From positions 124,001 to 188,000 of the forward strand of contig JASTWF010000369.1 in the NCBI GenBank assembly GCA_030390025.1: 64,000 nt of DNA, written 5' to 3'. Below the pieces are notes generated by a model. The model was given only the letters and a program-made list of their open reading frames with translations, was not told the origin of the DNA and ran no database searches. The first letter of the stretch is position 1. Each line of letters begins with the position of its first letter. Source of the DNA: Squalus acanthias. Lineage: Eukaryota. This document shows positions 51,069-63,379 of the stretch, piece after piece. The position numbers and the translations under genes are program-made.

Positions 51069-52094
51069 TGCAAGATGCTGCCAGGCCTTTGAAATCGGGT
51101 GTCAGGAGGGTGCAGCCTAGGACCTTCAAGGAACCGGTTCCTGGCACAAAGTAAGTGGATCGACAGAGAACGTGTTCATGGAAGGGGGAAGGCAAGGGTA
51201 GGGGAAACCCAAGGGTCCCGTATGAGATTCAGAGGAGAATTCATGCCCCTATTGATCCACAGGTAAGTTGCAGGTGCCTGGATAGCCTGCGTTGCTGGTC
51301 ACCAAGAATCTCCTTAGCACAGAGATTTTCTGCATATTACTCAATGCTGCAAAGATCCTGCAGGAATATACTGTTCACGATTAACTTGACTGAACCTAAA
51401 GTGAACAAATTTAATGTACTGCAGGCTTTGAGTGCAAGAGACGCCTTGGCTAAACATTTCTAAAAATAAATGATGCACTTGCAAACTGTTGTTTTTCACC
51501 AACAGATAGGATCTTGAAAATTCAATGCGAAAGAGGAGTCAACCTTCAGGTGGAAATGCAAGGACTTCTTCAGGCCTTGGTTCACCAAGCATCAAAACAG
51601 ATAGTAAAGTGAGAGAGAGAATACAACGCTATTCACACGGTTCGGGACATGAATGCTGTGGCTGAAATTGCAAAGTTATTGGTATTAAAAAGTGCTAATA
51701 GAAGACATTCGAGGCTGCAGTCGAGGGCAACTTGGTCAGTTGCCAGTTAAAGTCATACGTCTAGTCACAGCCGAGCCGACCACTCACTGGTGTGAGTAGA
51801 TATGTGATTGCTTATGATCACTTTAGCTTAGAGTAAATTATTAGATCCGTGCGTGCTTCCTTGTAGTAAGTAAATGACTTGGCTATGAGTTTTTTTTTAA
51901 TATATGATCCATGCGTGCTTACTTGTAATACGTAAATGTTAAATTACGGGTTGTCATGTAATATTTTGTGTGCTTAATTGTAAACTCTTGCTGATTTTAA
52001 GCATAGAATAGTTTACCCTAAAATCTTTGTCTCGAGTTGTCTGTTCCACCATAAATTGTCAGACAGAAGTTCAAACCAAGCTGAACGTCTTACA
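51069..52094 (+). repeat. 5' LTR of retrovirus-like element 2 (same family as element 1)
   Basis: Ends ACGTCTTACA, like LTR 1. 51660-51840 aligns to 21280-21450. The start at TGCAAGA (51069) is tentative. Confidence 0.75.
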
Positions 52095-52099
52095 GATTT

Positions 52100-52117
52100 T
52101 GGCGCCCGAACTGGGTC
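52100..52117 (+). promoter_or_regulatory. Primer binding site, tRNA-Lys3 type
   Basis: TGGCGCCCGAACTGGGTC, 16/18 match to the Lys3 PBS. Confidence 0.85.
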
Positions 52118-52145
52118 GCGTTTGGAACAAACAATTGTAAAGACG

Positions 52146-52800
52146 ATGAATGAGTTAGTCACGAAATATGTGACAGGGAAGTTACCCCTCAAAGAGGGAT
52201 GGGTACGGTTCATTATTGACGGCGATGATACAGTATTGGAGGCTGAATAGTGGACACAAGGGTCCATGTGTCGGCCAAGGGTCAGGAAATCCGATTTATT
52301 ATTGGCCGATCAGAGGTTGGTTAAATATGGTGAAAGTGTAAAGATCAAGTTGAGGAAAGAAACAGAGGAAGAAAGGGAAAATAGGAAAAAGCTCGACGAA
52401 AAGTTGGAACAGGAGGAGAGGTGGTGTAATAAAGACCAATACCACGAAAGCGAGTGCAAAAATAAGCAGGAATTGTGCAATGTCTTGTCAAAAGAACTAT
52501 CCAAACAGAGGCACCGGGCAGAGTAGGCAGAAAAATGTCACTGAAGACCTGAAGGTTGCATTTAAGGTCACCCAGAAATAGGATCTAGAGGAACGAAGTG
52601 CTCGTGGGGACCATACTGAATATAATAAGCGGATTAAGAAACTGGTGTTGAAGCATAAAGAGCAGGAGAGAGAGAGTAGTAGATAAAGAGGGAAAACGAT
52701 CTAAGTTGAAGGCGAACCAATCTGAACACTCAGCATAGGAAGGGAAAAAACAAGGATTTGGGGAGCCAGGCAAAGCTGCTGAGCAGACGATTTAAAAGAA
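52146..52800 (+). pseudogene. gag: 5' gag remnant of element 2
   Basis: GKLPLKEGWVRFIIDGDDTVLEAE*WTQGS versus GKLPLREGRVIVIIDGDDLVSEAEQWTQGS in element 1. Confidence 0.85.
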
Positions 52801-54439
52801 GGAAAAGAAGAAAACATTAAGGTTTTCCCGACATGGAAGCTATCAGCTTCTGTGCAAAGACAAATAAAACACCAGACTTGCTGATTGAAAGGAACCTTAA
52901 AGGATGTTGGAATTTCAGTTTGAGTGAAAGTGTGTGTTGAAGTGTGGAAGTTTTCCTGACTATAAATATTAAGAAGTTACATTATTCCTTTAGTCTGATA
53001 ATCTGTCTTTGAAAGAAAGCGTATGTTGTGTTTGTTTTATCTCCACACACCTTTCTGTGCATGGAGCTAAAGCCTTTTAACCCTTTGTTGGATGTTGGAA
53101 CTTTTAAACGTGTGGATGTGTTAAATATGTTAATTTCAATTTAGATTGTGCATCTAGAAGTGGGAGAAACTTTGTGATTTGCATTTTAAGTTAAAGACAC
53201 TGCTGTGGAAATAATTTGACGGGGAAGGCTTGTACAGCAAACTATAAATCAGAGGCAGTTTGTTATGCAACAGATAAGCTTCAGCCTTGAAGTTACGATT
53301 ACCATGGCTTCTGATCGTGTCTGGCAGAAAATGAAGCTGGACTTTTTGCAAGTATTTTTTTTAAATTGGATTACAAAAAATTGCTACCATTTGATTTTAT
53401 TTTAATTCAATGTGAACGTTTACAAAACACTGTCTTCTTAATTTGTTTATTGCAAGTCGGAGGCGCCCACTTTCTAAGTTTTTGACAAGTAGCCTATGGT
53501 GAAATAAAGAAAGGAGAAAAGGAAAGATTCTGTCCCTTTTTCTACTTTCAATGCAGTGATGTCTGAAAAAAGCTTGAATAAATGTTTCGAAGCTACAGGC
53601 TGTTGGAAGCTCCAACGTCTTTTTCAAGTGGTACTGCTTAGTTAATGATATTGCTTTGAATTGAAGTGAAATTATTGAGGTTAATTAACCTCTTTAAACC
53701 AGACTTTTATTGTAGCCACGGTGTAATTCTGGTTGGTATAAATTGTATGAATGCGTCTGATTCCGGACATGAGGCAATCACATCAATAATTGGTATTTTA
53801 AAAATTTCTGACCAATTTCAAGTATGTGTGACCCGGGCAAGAAAAAGAATATGTTCTTGTGTGTGGAGCTGTTTCACAGAATGTTTATAATGTCTGATGT
53901 GTGTACCTGCTGAATAGATTTGATCAGAATCTTTGCAAGTTTTAAAGGCGCAAAGATTTTGCAAAAGTAACAGTTTTTTATTGCCGAGTTTTAAATTTAC
54001 TTGAGCGCTGCGAGAAGCTGACATTGATTGATCGTATCTGGGTTTGTCTTCTTTTGAAACAAACGTTAACTAATCTGTTAAATTGTGAAAAACCAACTGT
54101 TATTTTCGATTGGAAAGTTTTTTTAAATTACGTGAAGTGAAGCAATTGCGTACATGTAATAATTTGCACCGACTTCTTAGAAACCTGCAAATGAGTTAAC
54201 CCTTGCCGCTGACAGCTGTTCTTTTTTAATTCACCACACAACTATTTTTTGCTGAATGAAATTTAAAGATATTGGACGTTATTAAATGTAAGGTTTTAAT
54301 TTGAGTGGATGTATCCCCACAGTGATAGAAGGGAATCAGGAATTGTCGAATGGACCCATTGGGCTGGTACGAAAGCCACAATGAATTGTTGTTTTTTTTC
54401 TTAACAGCAGTTGGCCAGATGAGTATTGATGGTGTAAGA

Positions 54440-54733
54440 TTACCAAGTGGGTAGAAGTCTTCCCGTGCAAGTTGGCCACAGCATTATGGACGGCCAAGAC
54501 CCTAGTTAGGGAGGCATTTTCCAGATGGGGACTTCCTCGCGTGGTACAGTCAGACCAGGGGAGACATTTTACTGGTCAGGTAATGCAAACCGCTCTGAAA
54601 CTGCTTGGAACTGAAGTGAAATGGCATTTGACCCACATCCTACAGTCATTGAGGATTGTGGAAAGAATGAACCGTACATTGAAGTTGACCCTGCAAAAGG
54701 AATTAAACGAACAACACACTAAGCGGGATGAGA
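54440..54733 (+). pseudogene. Integrase core fragment of element 2
   Basis: TKWVEVFP..FSRWGLP..SDQGRHFTG..VERMNRTLK. Homologous to 5760-6025. Confidence 0.88.
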
Positions 54734-54734
54734 T

Positions 54735-57596
54735 ACATAGAGACATAGAAGATAGGAGCAGGAGTAGGCCATTCGGCCCCTCAAGCCTGTTCCGCTATTT
54801 AATGAGATCATGGCTGATCATCCAAATTCAGTACCCTGTCCCTGCTTTCTCCCCATATGCCTTGATCCCTTTAGACTTAAGAAAGATATCGAACTCCTTC
54901 TTGAATATCTTTAATGAATTGGCCTCAACAGCCTTCTGTGGTAGAGAATTCCACAGTTTCACCAATCTCTGGGTGAAGAAATTCCTCCTCATCTCAGTCC
55001 TCAATGGCTTAACCATTATCCTTAGCCTATGACACCTGGTTCTGGACTCCATCGCCATCGGGAACATCCTTCCTGCATCTAGTCTGTCTTGTCCTGTTAG
55101 AATTGTATAAGTTTCAATGAGATCCCCACTCATTCTTCTAAACTCTTGCGAATATAAGCCTAATCGACCCAATCTCTCTTCATACATCATTCCTGCCATC
55201 CCAGGTATCAGTCTGGTGAATCTTCGCTGCACTCCCTCAATGGCAAGAACATCCTTCCTCAGATAAGGCGACCAAAACTGCACACAATACTCAAGGTGTG
55301 GTCTCACCAAGGCCCTGTACAACTGTAGCAAAACATCATTGCTCCTATACTCGAATCCTCTCGCTGTGAATGCCAACATACCATATGCCTTCTTAAACGC
55401 CTGCTGCACTTGCATGCTTACCTTCAGCGACTGGTGCACAAGGACACCCAGGTCTCGTTGCAGTTCCCCTTTTCCCAGTCTATTGCAGTTCAGATAATAA
55501 TCTGCCTTCCTGTTTTTGCCAGCAAAGTGGATAACCTCGCATTTTCCACATTATACTGCATCTGCCATGCATCTGCCCAATCACCCAACCTGTCCAAATC
55601 ATACTGGAGTTTCTCTGCATCCTCCTCACAGCACACATGCCCACCCAGCGTTGTGTCCTCTGCAAACTTGGAGATATTACAGCTAGTTCCCTCGTCTACA
55701 TCATTAATATATATTGTGAATAACTGGGGCCCTAGCACCGATCACCTGCGGTACCCCACTAGTCACTCCCTGCATTCGGAAAAAAGACCCGTTTATTCCA
55801 ACTCTTTGCTTCCTGTCTGCCAACCAGTTCTCTATCCAAGTCAGTACCTTACCCCCAATCCCATGTGATTTAACTTTGTACGCTATTCTCTTATCGAAAG
55901 CCTTCTGAAAGTTCAAATACACCACATCCACTGGTTCTCCCTTATCTATTCTAACAGTTACATCCTCAAAAATTTCCATTAGATTAGTCAAGCATGATTT
56001 ACCTTTTGTAAATCCATGTTGACTTTGTCCGATCCTGTCACTGTATTCCAACTGCTCTGCTATTACATCTTTTATAATGGACTCTAGCATTTTCCCCACT
56101 ACCGATGTCAGGCTTACCGGTCTATAATTCCCCGTTTTCTCTCTACCAGCGTTTTTAAATAGTGGGGTTACATTAGCTACCCTCCAATCCATGGGAACTG
56201 TTCCAGAAAATATAGAATTTTAGAAGATGACCAGCAATGCATCTACTATTTCTAGGGCCACTTCCTTAAGTACCCTAGGATTTAGATTATCAGGCCCTGG
56301 GGATGTATCGGCCTTCAATCCCGTCAATTTCCCGAACACCATTTCCCTACAAATACTAATTTAATTCAGTTCCTCACTCTCATTAGACCTTATGTTCCCC
56401 GACATCTCTGGGAGGTTATTTGTGTCCCCCTTTGTGAAGTCAGAACCAAAGTAGGTATTTAATTGGTTTCTATTTCTTTGTTCCCCATTATAATTTCCCC
56501 TGATTCTGAGTGCAAGGGACCTACGCTTGACTTTTCCAATCTTTTTCTCTTCACATATCTGTAGAAGTTTTACATTCAGTTGTTATGTTCTCTGCAAGCT
56601 TACTCTCATATTCTATTTTCCCCCTCTTAATTAATCCCGTTGTCCTCCTTTGCTGAACCCTAAACTGCTCCCAATCCTCAGGTATGCTGCTTTGTATTGC
56701 CAATTTATAACTCCTCTCCTTGGATCTTATGCTATCCCTAATTTCCCTTGTTAGCCATGTTTGAGTCAACTTTTTTGTTTTATTTTTATTCCAAACAGGG
56801 ATCAAAAAATTCTGTCGTTCATCCATGCGATTTTTAAATGTTTGCCATTGCCTATCCACCGTCCACCCTTTAAGTAATGTTACCCAATCCATCCTTGCCA
56901 ATTCACGGCTAATGCCATCGTTGTTTCCTTTATTTAAATTTAGGACCCTAGTCTCTGAGTCAACTACTTCACTCTCCATCTCAATGAAGATTTCTATCAT
57001 ATTTTGATCGCTCCTCCACAAGGGGCCTCGCACAACAGGATTGCTAATTAATCCGTTCTCATTATATAATACCCAGTCTAAGATGGTTCCTCTGCGTATT
57101 GGTCCATGAAAGCATCCCGTATACACTCTAGGAATTCCTCCTCCACAGTATTGTTATTAATTTAGTTAGCCGAATCTATATGTAGATTGAAGTCACCCAT
57201 GATAACTGCTGTGCTCTTATTGCACGCGTCTCTAATTTCCCATTTAATACCATTCCCAACCTCAGCATTTCTGTTTGGGGTTCTGTTTACAACTCCCACT
57301 AACGTTTTCTGCCCCTTGGTATTTCTCAGCTCTACCCACACAGATTCCACATTATCAATGCTAATATATTTCCTTACTATTGTGTTAATCTCCTCTTTAA
57401 CTAGCAATGATACCCCATCTCCTTTTCCGTTTTGCCTGTCCATCCTGAATATTGAATACCGCTGGATGTTGAATTCCCAGCATTGGTCACCCTGGAGCCA
57501 TTTCCCCATAATCCCCATTATATAATATCCATTCACATCTATTTGCGCAGCTAATTCATCTACATTATTACAAATGCTCCTTGCATTAAGACAAAA
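54735..57596 (-). mobile_element. CR1 LINE (ORF2, disrupted)
   Basis: RT and endonuclease ORFs across 54828-57536, tail at 54735. Confidence 0.92.
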
Positions 57597-59045
57597 TGAA
57601 GGGATAATTACAAGTCCTGGTCCTTTTTGGGCTACCCCAGACCAGGTGTATTCCCCAGACTTTCACCTTCAGCTAAAGTTTGCGGTATCCCAATCCTAGA
57701 GACGCTTAATTGGGTCTAAAGGTTCAGACTATCTCTCCCTACAGGAAAGGAACGGCCTGAAGATGTTACCGTTCTCTGATTAGCACTTTTAACAAGTTTA
57801 ACTAGACTGTAACCTTCCAGACATTATGAGGGTCAGGAAAACCCCCCAGAATTCTGCAACTCCTCACTGAAGAGTGTCCAGAAATTGAGTTCACGAGATT
57901 GATACAGAAATACTCTTTGAGACAGTTTTAAAAATATATAGATTTATTTAAGAACCGACATCTAGTTAATAGCTGTTATGGCAATTGCAACTTTAACCGT
58001 TCAACATACAAATAGCTTACATTTCTTATCAGAGATCCTTATTCTCAAATCTTAACTTCGTTACATTTCCACACTTCTACTTATTTCTTAATCCAGAATA
58101 TCCACCAAAAACAAATGCCTTGATTACCCGAGACTCAGAGTTGTAGGCCTACAGAGTGTTTCTGAAGGCGAGAATTGCTCTTCCCATTCCCAGCGACTTC
58201 TGTTTTCTCATTTGAAAAGCTCTTATTTTTATACTCATTTTTAGTGGTATATTCTTTGAAGTTTCCTGCTGATGTAAGCTAATTATCTCTAGCCATTCTC
58301 TATTGAATACTTTTCTATTCTGACTGTCATTTCAGCTGCCAAATTTTAGAATTCTGTCTCTACCTGTAGGTGTTTCAAAAACTATCATAAAATGTTTACT
58401 ACAGATTTATCTTTTGAAGCTATTCTTAGGAAGTCTTTCTATTGAATTCTTAATGTCACGTAACTGCTTGTAAGCCAGATGTCGTGAAACCATGGTGTTC
58501 CAATTTTAACACATAAACAATGTAATTGCTTGGTGTCATCTATTAATATTATATTTTCAAAGCCTCTCTGTAAGTATCTTTTACAATATGTAAATCAAAA
58601 CCACTTCTCTAAGGGTGTTTACTTGTTTTCTTGCTCTCTCAATTGGTTGCATATTTAATGTTGTTTCCTGTTTTATTTGATGTTACTTTATGAAGGCATA
58701 TGGTTGTTTAATGTTCTATGTTTCTGTTTCTCTAAGTGTTAGCTGATAACAGTTTACTTGGGTCATTCCATTGTGTTTATCCCGAACTCCAGACCTTCTG
58801 GAAGTGCTATTGGTTTCCTTCAATAGGGGCATTGTTTTTGTGTTTACAACCATTTCCCATTTCAAAGCTTGTGGTGTTTTACAGCTTTTGTTAACACTTC
58901 ACCTTATCTCAGAAGCCTGTATTGTGTTTGCAGCCTGTGTCGCCGAGGCTTTCCAGACTTTTAAACTCAGTATGTTGTGTATTAATATTATCAAAATCTG
59001 TTCATAGGATGATGTATTTCTTGGAATATGGCTTATTCCATTACA
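57597..59045 (-). repeat. Putative 3' LTR (about 1.45 kb) of the foamy-virus-like element
   Basis: Minus strand starts TGTAA directly after the PPT AAGAGGGGGG (59055-59046). TATAAAAA at 58233-58226, AATAAA at 57948-57943, ends ..CCCTTCA at 57597. No second LTR in the window to confirm it. Confidence 0.65.
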
Positions 59046-59689
59046 CCCCCCTCTTGAACAAAAGAGGAGCTTATAACATGAGGGCAGAGTTTGGTCACTG
59101 ATAATCATAAGGTTACAATAGCATTTTCAATTCATGAGATGCACGATCATGTGCTGCATGAAAATTCCTTTTCAGTCATCCGAGGGCAATGTTTTGCCTA
59201 TTTTAAATTGAACACAATTTAAAAGGATGATAATACATAGTCATGCAATGAGCGAAACAACATGTACTTAGAATGTCCAATCGGCAGATGTATGTTCCGT
59301 AGAGGTGAGTTATTCATACGAGTCAAGGAGACGTCATTTGAAACTAGATGAAGCTTGACACGCTTTTCCTTCGCTCCGGTGTGTGTACAGATGCATATTT
59401 TCATAAAGGCCTTGCCAGGCACTCAGTTGATTCCTTCTTCATCCGAGATGACTTCCTCCTTCGTTAAAGCAACTCGTTGATCTTTCTATGTTTCGGTTGT
59501 TGCTTTTCGCAAAGCCAAATCCTGATGTGTTGCCAAGCAACGTGTAGAAGAGCCAACGACAACTTCTGACTTCCCATCGTCAGTAATTCGATCGCATCCA
59601 TTTCCTGTGTCGTGCTCCAAGCTGGGTCTTAAAAGACAGTGTACGACTGCACCTTGTATTGTTCCTCCTTTTCGGTATCCTGCAGGACA

Positions 59690-60660
59690 TCTCTTGATAT
59701 TGTCTATGGAGACAGTTTTAAGAATATGCTTGCCATTCGGCTAGTTAATATGTATTTGAACTGTTCTTTCGTTAATAACAGAATATATTGGAACAGTTGT
59801 TTTTCTGTTTGGTATTAAACCAGGTTTTTACTCGAACTTCTTTTCCTGTACCGATTCTCCTACTATTGTTTGCCATGCTTTATTTGTCAATTTTTCTACC
59901 TATTTGCTTCACTTATCCTGTGATCAATTTGATGAATCTCCTCTGTTACTTTTTTCAAAACTTTTTTTCCCCTAACTCTCGCTGTCGGGTCAAGGACTCA
60001 AAGTGTGTAGAGGCAATAAAAGAACTATGGGTAAGCAATGTATGCATCTCAACCCCATACATCAGATAATATGGAGTTTTAGGGGACACTATTCCTGATG
60101 CACATGCGGGCACATTATTGAGTGATAGCTGTACTTCTGGAATGATGGCGGTGCACTTATTCCCCCTGATTCTCAACAGTTTGACCAATAACTTTATTAC
60201 TCCCCGATTTTTACATTCCACCAGCCCTGCTGATTGCGGATGACATGGCGTGCTGTGCTCTAACCCAATACCCCCTTGTTCACAGTAGGTTTTGAAGACC
60301 TGGGATACAAAGGCTCCGCCTCTAATGGAGTGTAAGATTTTGGGTGCGCCAGCAACAGTAATTATTTCAGAAATAGCCCTGGCGAGTGCGTTTTCCAAAG
60401 CAGTTTTTGTGGGGAGCAGACAGCAAAAGGAAGTGCATCTATCCACACAAACGAGAACTTGTCGATATCCTAAAGATGGGGAAAGTGGTCCAATAAAGTC
60501 AATAAAGAATTTTCCCATTGGCTCATCAGCTTTCACAGGAGCCAATGGTGGTGGCTTAATTTAGTGATGACTTCTTGGTCAAATAGCATGGATCACAATT
60601 TGCCAAGTATGTTTTACAGGCTCTAAGCATGCTTGGCCACCAATATAAGGGGGTCAATTT
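59690..60660 (-). pseudogene. Spumavirus (foamy virus)-like integrase, disrupted
   Basis: LYWWPSM..C..C, KFFIDFIGPLSPSLGYRQVLVCVD, PTK, STPCHPQSAGLVECKN, VQLSLNN, LTRQREL, and C-terminal W..VGESVQE..VINERTV..KTVSIDNIK. All are collinear with the prototype foamy virus integrase as recalled. Confidence 0.85.
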
Positions 60661-60707
60661 GCAGGATGTTGATCTGGCACTACAATGTGCTCGACTTATG
60701 TCCTTTT

Positions 60708-61630
60708 ATGAGAAGTCGCACAACACCAGGTTATAGTCCAACAGCTTTATTTGAAATCACAAGCTTTCGGAGTGCTGCTCCTTCGTCAGGTGAAGTGAAG
60801 AGATGCGTATAGGCACAGCATATATAGTCAGAGAACACAGCAGATGATTACAGTTAATCTTTCTAACTGCCCTTTATCACACCTCGGCAGAGAGATAATC
60901 ACGGCAATCAAAGTTGTGGATGGTGTCCAAACAGGTCAGTCAGGAAAACATTACATCAAACATTTCATCAGCCGCACTCACAAGACAGACCAGAATGTCA
61001 CCCGAGCACAACGCAACGCCATCCATGCTCTCAAGACCAACTGCAACATCGTCATCAAACCAGCGGACAAAGGAGGAGCCATCGTCATGCAGAACAGAAT
61101 GGACTATTACAAAGAACCATACCGGCAACTGGACAACCAGGAACACTACAGACAGTTACCCACTGATCCGACCAAAGAACACACCCGCCAACTCAATAGA
61201 CTGATCAAGATCTTCGATCCAGACCTTTAAAGCATCCTACGCGCTCTCATCCCACGTACTCACCGCGTGGGAGACTTCTACTGCCTCCCCAAGATACATA
61301 AAGCCTATCGTATCAGGCAACGGAACCCTGTGTGAGAGCCTCTCTGGATACGTCGAGGGCATCCTGAAACCCATCGTACAGGGAACCCCCAGCTTCTGTC
61401 TCGACACTACAGATTTCTTACAGAAACTCAGCACCCATGGACCAGTTGAACCACGAACACGCCTCGTCACGATGGACGTATCGGCACTCTACACCAGTAT
61501 CCCCCACGATGACGGCATCGCTGCGACAGCCTCAGTACTCAACACCAAAAAAAGCCAATCTCCAGACGCCATCCTACAACTCATCCGCTTCATCCTTGAC
61601 CACAATGTTTTCACCTTCGAAAACCAGTTT
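60708..61630 (+). mobile_element. Penelope fragment: inverted pseudo-LTR followed by a partial RT
   Basis: 60708-60795 matches the pseudo-LTR in minus orientation. 60963-61630 is homologous to 9190-9870. Confidence 0.88.
60757..60793 (-). ncRNA. Minimal type I hammerhead ribozyme
   Basis: Minus strand reads TCAC-CTGACGA-A-GGAG-CAGCA-CTCC-GAAA-GC-TT-GTGA. Confidence 0.75.
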
Positions 61631-62899
61631 TCTGATTCTGTCCATTCCTTTTTGAACGCGGAATCCGAGGTCTTATTTCTCATTGAATAAAGTCGTGAGA
61701 TACCATCTGAATTCATGTCTTACCTGTTTACAACATCTAACACGCAATAAAGAGTTCGAGAAGAGATAAAATGATGAAGCACTGTCTCCACCACTTAAGG
61801 TTAATGATGGAGGGGGGCGGGGGTGGTGCGGCGGTGGTGGGTTAGTTGTGAACTTCGGCAGGATTAGGAGGGTGGATTAGATTTTGGGAACATTGTTGGT
61901 GTTCCAGAAAAGCAGAGAGCTAGTGAGGTAGTCCTATGGCTCACCTGCAGGGCAGTGGGTGAGCTTAGATTTTTCCCAATCGAGGCAGAGGTCGAACACT
62001 TAGTAATGCTGGGACACGAATTGTAGATTTAGAAAAATCAGATTATGGATTCAGGATTAATTGCAGCAGTTTTGCTGCAGGTGTGCTGAGGTGTGACAGG
62101 ACAAAGTGATGACAACGCGTTCTGCAGCGCTGTGGTAGCGGTTGTGAGGTTAATTGACACTGGGGGGACGGTGCTTGAGCTAAAATCGAACAGGGAATGG
62201 TTTATTCGGAGAATTGGTCCATGCACAATCCTTTCCTTTGGCAGTACCGCAGAGGTAGAACCGGAGTCTTGCAGAAGTAGTGAGAAGAATCTGTTTTCTA
62301 GCGAGGGACCAATCGGAAGTGTATGACACCATTGGTGGGAGTGGGAGAATCCCAGGATCAGACAACATTTCGGTGGATGGCCATGAATGTGAAATTAACT
62401 TCCTCAGAAATCTCTCTGTAGATTCTGAAGTCAGCGATTTCTCATTTGTTCTTTGAAAATTAATACAGGGTTTCAGTCTTTAACAACATCTGACTGCTTT
62501 AACAGACAAACGTTCAATAAATTCATAAGCGCTCACCGGATCATTTTATATCAAAGATTCAATAAAACTGTTAAAATATTTTATACTGATGGCTTGTGAA
62601 TATTGGGATGCCGAAGTGGCAAAAACTCAACGTAAATTATCGAATGTTTATTTTAAAAATACAACTGTACACACAATCGTCAGGTAAACATACTAAACTG
62701 AACAAAGTGAAACAACTCAGCGAGTAATTGCTTTAAACAGGGAATTTCCTCTGAGTCAGATTTAATTATAACATAATGAAGGAAGTCGAAATGATCTTTC
62801 TGGTAAATTAACTTCAAATATGTTTTTAAATTGATTTTGTTTCAGCATAATTTGAAAAAATGGATTCAATATACTCAAGTGAATAAACAATTCAACAAA

Positions 62900-63370
62900 T
62901 ATTGAACTAACTTGCAGACTCGGCAGTTACTGGCAAATTAACTTTAACATAAATAATTGTGAGGTAATGAACTTTGGTAGGAAAAGTATAAACATCCACT
63001 AAACCTAAAAAAAAAGAAACTGAATGGAGTAAAAAAGCAAATGGAAACCAGGGATACAGGTGCACACGTCATTTATAGCTGCATCGCAGGTCACCAAAGC
63101 AATTAAAATGCTAACAAAGTACCGGGATGAATTGACAGGAGTATAGAATTCAAAAGTAATGAAGTTATGTTAATTTTTTATAGGACCGTGGTCAGGTCGC
63201 ACTTTGCTCAGTTTTGGGTTTCATACTATAAAAAAGGGCATCGAAGCACTGGAGAAAGTGCAAAATGTATTTACAAGGCTAGTACCAGCATAGAGCGATT
63301 GCAGCTATCTTAAGAACGAATAGTTTGTCGCCATGCTTAATTAGAAAAGAGAAGAATTGTAGGTAACCTG
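62900..63370 (+). mobile_element. Old CR1-type fragment
   Basis: Degraded WQINFN..CEVMNFG, LYRTVVRSH and LEKVQ coding. Confidence 0.6.
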
Positions 63371-63379
63371 AGAGATAAG

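Noticed and set aside
17510..57596. Shared 5' truncation hotspot of CR1 copies at the ORF2 start (17525, about 35275, 57596)
   Set aside because: Only three cases, the ends differ by up to about 70 nt, and one is explained by the adjacent LTR.
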